Sequence record: ON287373.1
Reading direction: 5' to 3' (one strand)
Length of the DNA stretch: 32,000 bases
Origin: Serratia phage vB_SmaM-Kamaji
The stretch's first letter is position 1. Each line of letters starts with the position of its first letter. The translations under genes were made by a program, and so were the position numbers. This document shows, one piece after another, positions 24,389-32,000 of the stretch. The notes below the pieces were generated by a model that searched no databases, was not told where the DNA came from, and worked only from the letters and a program-made list of their open reading frames with translations.

Positions 24389-25128
24389 TCGATTATAAAA
24401 AGTTAAAGCAGATCTTCCCTAATGGGCTGCCTGAAGCACACATTTTCTTCGCACACCGTGAAGTTAGTGATGTACTGCGCATTAGCTATGCGACTCTGCG
24501 TCGTGAAACTGGATACCGTTCTACTAACCGTGGAGCCTGGGTTCGTTTCGTTAAAAAATTCAATGAAGAAACCGCTGATGTACCAGTAGACAGCATTGCA
24601 CTAACTCTTCCAAGTTCGGTAGACGTAGGTGCCAAGATTGCTGGCCTAATCAACATTCTACCAGCTGATGCTACTATTGGAGAAGAAGTAGAACTGGCCA
24701 TCTCCGATGTTACAGTTGCTAGCGGTTTAATACTCTCTTACCCAACTACTGGTAAGCCTAACGGGGCACTAGAAGTAACTGGTAAGAAAGCTGGGACGGT
24801 AACTATTAAGATCATCTGCCAGGGCAAAGAATCTAATACTATTACTGTAACGGTCAAGAATCCAGTAGTAGCAGTAACTGGTGTTACTATGGCACCTAAG
24901 ACTGCATCCGTTGACGTGGGTAGTACTGTTAAACTGACTGGTACTGTTGCACCTGCTAATGCTACCAATAAGTCAGTAACCTACAAGTCTAGTGACGCAA
25001 CTATTGCTACTGTAGCTGCTGACGGCACTGTAACTGGTGTTAAGGCTGGTAGTGCTACCATCACTGTTACAACTGCTGATGGAAACAAAACTGATACCTG
25101 CGTAGTAACTGTTAACGCCGGGGTTTAA
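24385..25128 (+). CDS. dec: Head decoration protein, T5 pb10/Dec-like, with tandem Ig-like domains
   Basis: N-terminus MIDYKKLKQIFPNGLPEAHIFFA... resembles T5 Dec; C-terminal BIG_2-like domain. Confidence 0.8.
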   Translation: MIDYKKLKQIFPNGLPEAHIFFAHREVSDVLRISYATLRRETGYRSTNRGAWVRFVKKFNEETADVPVDSIALTLPSSVDVGAKIAGLINILPADATIGEEVELAISDVTVASGLILSYPTTGKPNGALEVTGKKAGTVTIKIICQGKESNTITVTVKNPVVAVTGVTMAPKTASVDVGSTVKLTGTVAPANATNKSVTYKSSDATIATVAADGTVTGVKAGSATITVTTADGNKTDTCVVTVNAGV

Positions 25129-25138
25129 TAAAAAGAAA

Positions 25139-25161
25139 GGAGGGCTTCGGCTCTCCTTTTT
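25139..25161 (+). terminator. Rho-independent terminator
   Basis: GGAGGGC-TTCG-GCTCTCC-TTTTT. Confidence 0.9.
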
Positions 25162-25290
25162 GATCATCTGAACTACGGAGAGGTTATTAAAACTGAGTAG
25201 TTCTATTTAGTAACACTTCTTAATCCTCCGGCAAACGTCGGAGGATTTACTCCTTCAATACCCGTATTTTCCATGCATTATAAACTAGTT

Positions 25291-25319
25291 TTGACATTTC
25301 GTTTGTAATGATACATAAT
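25291..25319 (+). promoter_or_regulatory. Promoter TTGACA-N17-CATAAT
   Basis: Consensus -35, good -10, 20 bp before the protease gene. Confidence 0.75.
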
Positions 25320-25338
25320 AGTAACACGAAAGAGGGAA

Positions 25339-25968
25339 ATGTCTCTCAGAAATCGTTTGGAGATCTTAATGGAATTAGTAAATTTAAATGCTCACATTAA
25401 GTCTATAGCTACAAAGGATGATTCGGAGAACTCTCCGCTTGTTATCCGCGGTTTCGCTAACACCGTAACAAAAGATCGTGCTGGTGACGTGATTCCTGCT
25501 TCTGCATGGACTACCAGTAATGCTCTTAAGAACTACATGAAAAACCCAATCATGCTGTTCGGCCATGACCACTCTAGACCAATCGGTAAAGTGATCAGCC
25601 TTGAGCCTACTGAAATGGGTCTAATGATCGAAGCAGAGATCTCTACTGCCGACATTCAGATCTATCAACTAATTAAAGATGGTGTTCTCAAAACTTTCTC
25701 TGTCGGGTTCCGTATCAAGGATGCAGACTATGACGATGAGAGCAATACCTTCTATATCACTGATCTGGAACTTCTGGAAATCTCCGTTGTTTCTGTTCCG
25801 TGTAACCAAGATTCTACATTCTCAGTGGCAAAGGGTATGAATGGCGCTGACTACGTGGAGCTTCGCAAACAGTACGTTCATCAGTCTAACACTCCGGTGG
25901 AAGAACTTACAGATGGGCAAAAATTATTTAAACTTCTTGACAGACTCGGATTTGTTAAGAAAGATTAA
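25339..25968 (+). CDS. Prohead maturation protease (HK97-type, T5 pb11-like)
   Basis: 209 aa; MLFGHDHSRPIGKV and FSVGF motifs. Confidence 0.9.
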   Translation: MSLRNRLEILMELVNLNAHIKSIATKDDSENSPLVIRGFANTVTKDRAGDVIPASAWTTSNALKNYMKNPIMLFGHDHSRPIGKVISLEPTEMGLMIEAEISTADIQIYQLIKDGVLKTFSVGFRIKDADYDDESNTFYITDLELLEISVVSVPCNQDSTFSVAKGMNGADYVELRKQYVHQSNTPVEELTDGQKLFKLLDRLGFVKKD

Positions 25969-25983
25969 TTGGAGACATATTAA

Positions 25984-27393
25984 ATGACTGGTGTAAATAC
26001 TCAATTCTCTAGCTTCCACGGTGACGCTATCGATATCAGCGCTCTGCGTAAAGAACTGGGCCTGGACGGCATCGTAGACTTCGCTAAAGCTGAACAAGCT
26101 CGTCGTGAAGAAGAAGCACGCGCTAAAGCTGCTAAAGAAGCCAAAGAAGCTGAAGATAAGCGTATCGCTGATCTGATCAAATCCGCCACTGGCGAAACTG
26201 CTGCTAAACTGGAATCAGCTCTGGCTCTGGTTAAAGAATTCAGCGACGCTAAGAAAGTTTCTGATGAAGCTATGGGCGCTAAGATGAAAGAACAAGAAGA
26301 TACTATCGTATCTCTGAAAGAGCAGATCGGCCAGATCCTGGTTGCTCGTGATGGTGGTGCCGCTACTCACATCTCTAAAGCTCTGTTCAGCAAAGAAGGT
26401 TCTTTCGAAAAAGAAGTTGAAGACGTTGTTCTTCTGTCCTATCTGATGGAAAAAGGCGTATTCGAAACCAACTATGGTGCGGCACACCTGAAAGCTGTTA
26501 ACGGTGCATCGAGCATCGAAGTTTCTAGCGAAAACTACGAAACTATCTTCAGCCAACGTATCCTGCGTGACATCCAGGCTAAACTGGTTATCGGTTCTAT
26601 GTTCGACGAACTGCCGATGAACAGCAAGTCCCTGGTAATGATGGTTGAGCCAGAAGCTGGTGAAGCTAGCTGGGTAGACGCTTCTACCTATGGTAAGCCT
26701 GAAACTACTGGTGTTGAACTGAACACTAAACTGTCAGAAATCAACTTCCGTACCTTCAAACTGGCTGCTAAGTCCTTCATGGTTGACGAAACTGAAGAAG
26801 ATGCAATCATCACTCTGCTGCCAATCCTGCGTCGTCGTCTGGTTGAAGCTCACGCAATCGCTATCGAGCGTGCTTTCATGAATGGTGATGGTGATGCTAA
26901 ACCAACTGGTCTGCTGAAACTGGCTGAACAAGACGGTCAGAAAAAACCAACTGAAGCTAAGGCTGACGGTTCGGTTAAAGTAACTGCTAAGACTATCGCT
27001 AAGCTGCGTCGTAACATGGGTCGTAAAGGTCTGGATCTGAGTAAACTGGTTCTAGTCGTTTCGATGGATGCTTACTACGATCTGCTGGAAGACGAAGAAT
27101 GGCAGGACGTTTCTCAGGTAGACGCTGCTAACTCTCTGAAACTTACTGGTCAAGTTGGTCGTATCTACGGTCTGGCTGTTGTTGTTTCTGAGTACTTCCC
27201 AGCTAAAGCTGCTGGTGCTGAGTTCGCAATGCTGGTTTATCGCGATAACTTCGTAGTTCCACGTCAACGTTCAATGACTGTTGAGAAAGATCGTGAAGCT
27301 TCTCGTCAGCGTGACGCGTACTACACTACTCAACGTCTGAACCTGCAACGCTTCTTCGAAGACGGTGTTGTTACTGGTACTTACGCTGCTTAA
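25984..27393 (+). CDS. Major capsid protein precursor (T5 pb8-like, with N-terminal coiled-coil delta domain)
   Basis: 469 aa; strong recalled similarity to T5 pb8 (ETIFSQRI, TDETEEDAI, DAYYDLLEDEEWQD). Confidence 0.95.
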   Translation: MTGVNTQFSSFHGDAIDISALRKELGLDGIVDFAKAEQARREEEARAKAAKEAKEAEDKRIADLIKSATGETAAKLESALALVKEFSDAKKVSDEAMGAKMKEQEDTIVSLKEQIGQILVARDGGAATHISKALFSKEGSFEKEVEDVVLLSYLMEKGVFETNYGAAHLKAVNGASSIEVSSENYETIFSQRILRDIQAKLVIGSMFDELPMNSKSLVMMVEPEAGEASWVDASTYGKPETTGVELNTKLSEINFRTFKLAAKSFMVDETEEDAIITLLPILRRRLVEAHAIAIERAFMNGDGDAKPTGLLKLAEQDGQKKPTEAKADGSVKVTAKTIAKLRRNMGRKGLDLSKLVLVVSMDAYYDLLEDEEWQDVSQVDAANSLKLTGQVGRIYGLAVVVSEYFPAKAAGAEFAMLVYRDNFVVPRQRSMTVEKDREASRQRDAYYTTQRLNLQRFFEDGVVTGTYAA

Positions 27394-27415
27394 TTTGGCT
27401 AAACTGCCGACAAAG

Positions 27416-27439
27416 GGAGAGCTTCGGCTCTCCTTTTTT
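27416..27439 (+). terminator. Rho-independent terminator after capsid gene
   Basis: GGAGAGC-TTCG-GCTCTCC-TTTTTT. Confidence 0.95.
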
Positions 27440-27453
27440 ATTGGGAAAAATTC

Positions 27454-27966
27454 ATGAAAATTATCGATGATAGCGACTACAGAACTTTCATTGGTGCTAA
27501 GCGCCCTGAAACTCCTGATAGTGTGAGCATGTTCGTTAAAGCTGCGAACACTCTCATTACTAACGCTATGGGCTACTCTGATACTACTGAGGATGAAGAT
27601 ATCCTTAATACTCGTCCAGCCCGTACCAAATACTTCCTGAGCTCCCCTTCCGCATCTCGTATCCTTTCTGCAACCCATACTGTTCTAGGTGACGTTAGTA
27701 ACGTTATTCAGCTTCGCAAAGATGGTGTAATCCTGACGCAAACCAAACTTCCAGATGGGGAATTGATTGTTGAATACGAAGATGGGGGAATGAGCAGTAT
27801 CCCTGATGACTTGAAAGTAGCTGCGTGTCTACTAGTTCAGCATTGGGACAAGAAAGAGTATCGCTCTGACAAGACGTTTGGTGGGGAAACTGTTTCGTTC
27901 AATACTACTAAGTCAGGTATTCCAGAACACATCCGTACCATTATCGAGCTATATAGGAGACTCTAA
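27454..27966 (+). CDS. Head completion/adaptor-like protein
   Basis: 170 aa; position directly after the capsid gene. Confidence 0.65.
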   Translation: MKIIDDSDYRTFIGAKRPETPDSVSMFVKAANTLITNAMGYSDTTEDEDILNTRPARTKYFLSSPSASRILSATHTVLGDVSNVIQLRKDGVILTQTKLPDGELIVEYEDGGMSSIPDDLKVAACLLVQHWDKKEYRSDKTFGGETVSFNTTKSGIPEHIRTIIELYRRL

Positions 27967-28737
27967 ATGGCATTTTCCAAAGCTGCACGCGATATTATCA
28001 AAAACGAGTTGGATAACCGTGCACTTAGGAATGCCAACTCCAAAAACCAGGTAACGTATGTTGTTGAAACAGGTCTTACCAATACTTCTAGAGATGGTAA
28101 GATTGCAACGGCTACGTTCAAGTTCAACAAGCCAGTATCCCAGGACTTATTAGAGAGTAAGACTTCTAACATCCTGTCTTACCTGGCTGGTAGCTTAGAT
28201 TTAAAAGGTGACGTAGCTTCTATTGACGCCATGTTAATGTCGATCGTGGGCCAGAAAAAGACTGTTGGGCGCAAGCGTTCTTCTGGTACTGTAAGTGTAA
28301 TGTTCGGTGATCCATCGGATATTACAGGTTCTGGTGCTGCTGTTACAGGTGTCAATGGTCGGTTCGTATCTATTGCAAACTTGAAAGCAATCCTCGAACT
28401 CGTTGCTAAAGAATATTTAATAAAAGACATGAAGCGAGCTGGCGCACCTCTGAAGTACAGAACTGGTAGGTTTGCTAACTCTCTTAGAATTAAAGATGTA
28501 GTAATGCCGGAAGGACAAAACGACACCAATCGTCCGCCACAGCTCGGTGTAACTTATAACTATATGACGAGACCTTACTCGGTATTTGACCCTAGAGTCT
28601 CAACCTACAGACGCTTGTCATTACGACCTTTCGCAGGTGCTAGAAACCCACAACGCTTGATTGGGGAAGCTATCGCCAAAGCAGCCAGAGATCTTATCCA
28701 CTCTAGATATAGAATCACTGTTAAGCAAGGAACATAA
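27967..28737 (+). CDS. Head-tail connector / tail completion-like protein
   Basis: 256 aa; position in module. Confidence 0.6.
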   Translation: MAFSKAARDIIKNELDNRALRNANSKNQVTYVVETGLTNTSRDGKIATATFKFNKPVSQDLLESKTSNILSYLAGSLDLKGDVASIDAMLMSIVGQKKTVGRKRSSGTVSVMFGDPSDITGSGAAVTGVNGRFVSIANLKAILELVAKEYLIKDMKRAGAPLKYRTGRFANSLRIKDVVMPEGQNDTNRPPQLGVTYNYMTRPYSVFDPRVSTYRRLSLRPFAGARNPQRLIGEAIAKAARDLIHSRYRITVKQGT

Positions 28738-29219
28738 TGTCTCGCAGAACGTCCATTGCAGATGCCTTTAGGAAGCGTGTTGATGACTGCCTAAATGGTA
28801 CAAAAACTGACAAATACTATTCGAACTTGTATGGCAACGTAAGTGATAAAGTCTACAAGTTCGAGGAAATCTCAGAATTCCCCTATGTTGGTATCCAAGT
28901 GGGAACAGAAACTTTCCAATACGAACCATCGCGCCAGAAATGGAACTTCTTGGGCATATCAGTTTTCATCTACGTCAGAGGTGAAGATGATGCGGAAGAG
29001 CAACTAGAATTGCTCATCGAAGATCTTAAAACCATCATTGACAGCGAGGAAGATCTACATTATACTATAACTAAGCCTGATGGTTCTACCGTCGACGCAC
29101 AAACCACTGAAATGACTATGAACTCAGTCGATACTGACGAAGGCATGTTCAAACCGTTTGGTTTTGCTGAGATACAACTCACAATTCGCTATACTGGAGA
29201 CCGTCGTCTTTACAGATAA
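28737..29219 (+). CDS. Tail terminator protein (T5 p142-like)
   Basis: 160 aa; size and position before the tail tube gene. Confidence 0.7.
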   Translation: MSRRTSIADAFRKRVDDCLNGTKTDKYYSNLYGNVSDKVYKFEEISEFPYVGIQVGTETFQYEPSRQKWNFLGISVFIYVRGEDDAEEQLELLIEDLKTIIDSEEDLHYTITKPDGSTVDAQTTEMTMNSVDTDEGMFKPFGFAEIQLTIRYTGDRRLYR

Positions 29220-29245
29220 TAGCAAGTCATTAGGAGAATAACTAA

Positions 29246-30619
29246 ATGTCTGTACAATTACTACGTAGTTCCAGAGTATTCGTTAGTACAGTTACTACCG
29301 GGTTTACTAAGGCGAACACCCAAGAGATTCTGGTTCAAGACGACCTATCGTTCAGCCAAGATAGTAACAACACCGATATTACTGTAAACGAAGCGGGGCC
29401 ACGCCCAACTCGTGGTTCTAAGCGTTTCAACGACTCGCTTAACCCAGCGGATTGGAGTTTCTCAACTTATCTGCTGCCTTACCTAGATGCAAATAGAGTT
29501 TTAACCCCCGACTACTTACTGTGGTACGGCCTATCTCAGGGCGGCCCTCTGAACTTGTCCGCAGGTAACGGTGTGACCTCTACTGCCAAGAGCATGGGAG
29601 TTAACTTCAAAGATAACGCCTATCACGAATTGGCAATGATTCAGATCTACATCCTGACTGACAAAGTCTGGTACAAGATCAACAACTGCCAAGTTGGTCA
29701 AGCAGAAGTTCAAGTTGATATCGACGACATTGGTCGCGTATCCTGGTCTGGTAACGGCACTCTTTTAGAGAAACTGGATACCGCACCATTCGACGCTGAT
29801 GCGATTGGAATGACTGATGCACTGTACGCCCAAATTCAAGCGTCTTACATCAAGAACAAGCTGACTATCCTGAATATGCGCAACATGGAAACTGGTAAGG
29901 TTTACGATGTGCCCATCACTGGTGGTTCTTTTACAATCAACAACAACATTACTTACCTGACTCCAGACGTAATGTCCCGCGTTGACATTCCAATTGGTTC
30001 CTTCACCGGTACCTTCGAACTGACTGGATCACTTACTGCTTATCTGAACGATAAGACTGCCGGTACTGCAGAACTTTACAAAGATCTGCTGGCTGAGCTG
30101 AAAGCAGTTAACAAGTTCGAAATTGCTATTATCTTAGGAGGCTCTTACGCTCAGCCTCGTCCTGGTGTGGTTCTGGTAGCTAAGCAAGCACAGGTATCTC
30201 TGCCTTCTATCGAAACTGACGATGTGCTAGGTACTTCTGTTGAATTCAAAGCTATTCCAACCGACCTGGATACTGGTGATGAAGGTTACCTTGTAATGAG
30301 TAATGCGTTCACCACTACGATGATCAATAACGTTATCGCAACTGGTAACCCGGACAACGCTGCTAAGCCGGTGACTACTGTTACTCTGAACAAAACCACC
30401 CTAAGTCTAGCTAAAGGTGCAACTGAGCGTCTGACTACTACTATCGCGCCAGCTGATGCAACCTACCCTGCAGTTAAGTGGGCTTCAAGCGCACCTAACA
30501 TTGCAACTGTTGACAGCATGGGTCGTGTAACTGCTATCGCAACTGGTTCTGCTAACATTACTGCTACATCTACTGATGGTAGTAACAAAGTTGGTACTTG
30601 TGCGGTAACTGTACCATAA
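29246..30619 (+). CDS. Major tail tube protein (T5 pb6-like) with C-terminal BIG_2 Ig-like domain
   Basis: 457 aa; C-terminal VTLNKTTLSLAKGATERL...VKWASSAPNIATVDSMGRVTAIATGSANITATSTDG. Confidence 0.9.
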   Translation: MSVQLLRSSRVFVSTVTTGFTKANTQEILVQDDLSFSQDSNNTDITVNEAGPRPTRGSKRFNDSLNPADWSFSTYLLPYLDANRVLTPDYLLWYGLSQGGPLNLSAGNGVTSTAKSMGVNFKDNAYHELAMIQIYILTDKVWYKINNCQVGQAEVQVDIDDIGRVSWSGNGTLLEKLDTAPFDADAIGMTDALYAQIQASYIKNKLTILNMRNMETGKVYDVPITGGSFTINNNITYLTPDVMSRVDIPIGSFTGTFELTGSLTAYLNDKTAGTAELYKDLLAELKAVNKFEIAIILGGSYAQPRPGVVLVAKQAQVSLPSIETDDVLGTSVEFKAIPTDLDTGDEGYLVMSNAFTTTMINNVIATGNPDNAAKPVTTVTLNKTTLSLAKGATERLTTTIAPADATYPAVKWASSAPNIATVDSMGRVTAIATGSANITATSTDGSNKVGTCAVTVP

Positions 30620-30629
30620 TAGGAAAACT

Positions 30630-31532
30630 ATGAAATACTCTCTAATTAGAGAGTCTAAAGTAGTTGTGGAGTACGAGGGAAGGGCGTTGCAGTTCGACGC
30701 CCTTGCCAACTTCAATGCTGACACGTCCTACGAAGAATTCCAAACTTTACGAAAGACGATTCATAAGCACACGAACTACAAGGACTCACGGATTGTTGGT
30801 CAAAACCCAACGAATATCTCGCTTACCGTAAACCTCACTACGAACTTCCTGGAAGGCAAGTTCTTCGAGTGGCTAGGATTCAATAGGGTTAATCAAGGTA
30901 GCAGGTACTTATTCCCTAGTGTCCCTAATTCGGTCGAGCCGATTTTCGTAAATATATATATAATAAACCCAGATAATCGATGCACATACTTCGAAAGATG
31001 TTATATTGCCAATGTGGACTTCAACCTTAACCGAGAGGTTCTGGTGTTCCAGATCGGTATCGAAGCAGCGTCGTTTAAGCCGGTAACAAGTTTCCTGGAT
31101 GGTTTCTCAGTATCACAAGGTGCTGTTATGCCATACTCTCCGGTTCGTGTTATGACGAACAGTTTGGAGATTCCGGGCCTAATCGATGTAGCTATCTCTT
31201 GCCAGCAGCAGTGCTCTTGGAGATATGAGAGAAGTATACACGATATCAACTCAATGTACTCTAATAAAAGAGCAATAGTACATGAGATGAACATGTCTGC
31301 TGCAATGAACTTCTACTTAGTGCACCGTAATGCTCGTGACGCTGTAGATGGTCTAGATCCAGTGATGGGTATGCCACTTACTGTTCAAACTAAATACTTA
31401 ACTGTGGATTTCCCTAGTACTAGGGTTACCAAACGCCTAAACCACGCTGACGTCTACACAGTTAGTTGGGATGTAATTCCAATTGACTCACCTGATAGTC
31501 CAGCACTTGTTTTTAATGGAGAAAACAAATGA
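30630..31532 (+). CDS. Minor tail protein (T5 p140-like)
   Basis: 300 aa; position after the tail tube gene. Confidence 0.65.
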   Translation: MKYSLIRESKVVVEYEGRALQFDALANFNADTSYEEFQTLRKTIHKHTNYKDSRIVGQNPTNISLTVNLTTNFLEGKFFEWLGFNRVNQGSRYLFPSVPNSVEPIFVNIYIINPDNRCTYFERCYIANVDFNLNREVLVFQIGIEAASFKPVTSFLDGFSVSQGAVMPYSPVRVMTNSLEIPGLIDVAISCQQQCSWRYERSIHDINSMYSNKRAIVHEMNMSAAMNFYLVHRNARDAVDGLDPVMGMPLTVQTKYLTVDFPSTRVTKRLNHADVYTVSWDVIPIDSPDSPALVFNGENK

Positions 31533-31936
31533 TCGATCTAAAGAAAATTGCTATTGATACCCGTGAAATCGAAGTTGACTACCCAGGTCTGCCAGGGTTC
31601 AAACTGAAAGTGCGTCACATCTCTCGTTCGGCTTCTAAGCGTATCCTCAAAGGCGCCGAAGTTTCGAAGATGGCTAATGGACGTGTTATCACGGAGCTGG
31701 ATACTGAGAAATTTAACCGCGATTTTGCTGCTCAAGCTATCGTTGGTTGGAAAGGTTTGACCATTGCTTACGTTGATCAGATTCTTCTGATTGATAGCGA
31801 AGGTCATGACCCTGAAACTGAAGTTGAATTCAGCATTGACAACGCTCAAATGCTGATGGAGAACTCTTCTAGCTTCGAGGAATTCATCAACTCTACAGTG
31901 TTCAGCTTAGACTCATTTCGTTCAATCAAGTCGTAA
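31529..31936 (+). CDS. Tail assembly chaperone-like protein
   Basis: 135 aa; position and a frame continuation past its stop. Confidence 0.55.
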   Translation: MIDLKKIAIDTREIEVDYPGLPGFKLKVRHISRSASKRILKGAEVSKMANGRVITELDTEKFNRDFAAQAIVGWKGLTIAYVDQILLIDSEGHDPETEVEFSIDNAQMLMENSSSFEEFINSTVFSLDSFRSIKS

Positions 31937-32000
31937 TGACTTGATATCAGCAGTTGAAAGATTCACAAAGCAGGCAAATAACAAGAGCGCACACAGCGTA

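Overview
This window reads as a divergent T5-like siphophage (Demerecviridae-type) in an assembly where the long terminal repeat is collapsed, so the right-end late genes and left-end early genes both flank one copy of the pre-early (first-step-transfer, FST) region. Positions 1-5331 hold a compact rightward operon of mostly unknown early proteins. Positions 5332-6890 are a noncoding, repeat-rich tract that resembles the T5 injection-stop-signal region (iteron-like repeats, DnaA boxes, large hairpins). Positions 7069-10856 are a leftward set of small unknown pre-early genes. Positions 10857-11900 are a divergent control region. Positions 11920-17222 are the rightward pre-early operon, with recognisable A2-like, A1-like metallophosphoesterase and dmp-like HAD genes. 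Positions 17377-18677 carry three leftward accessory genes, including a C39-like cysteine peptidase-fold protein. Positions 18791-31936 carry a Trp/Gly-rich orphan protein, then terS, terL, HNH, portal, Ig-like decoration protein, protease, major capsid, head-tail completion genes, tail terminator, tail tube and minor tail genes. The most interesting signals are regulatory: LexA-like dyads, rrn-type boxA elements in three pre-early leaders, DnaA boxes on both sides of the leftward gene block, and six iteron-like repeats. Also notable are a possible +1 frameshift in a pre-early gene, a possible +1 shift at the end of the tail-chaperone-position gene, the orphan genes beside the terminase, and Ig-like domain expansion in the decoration protein. 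All family assignments are from memory of protein patterns; no database search was run.
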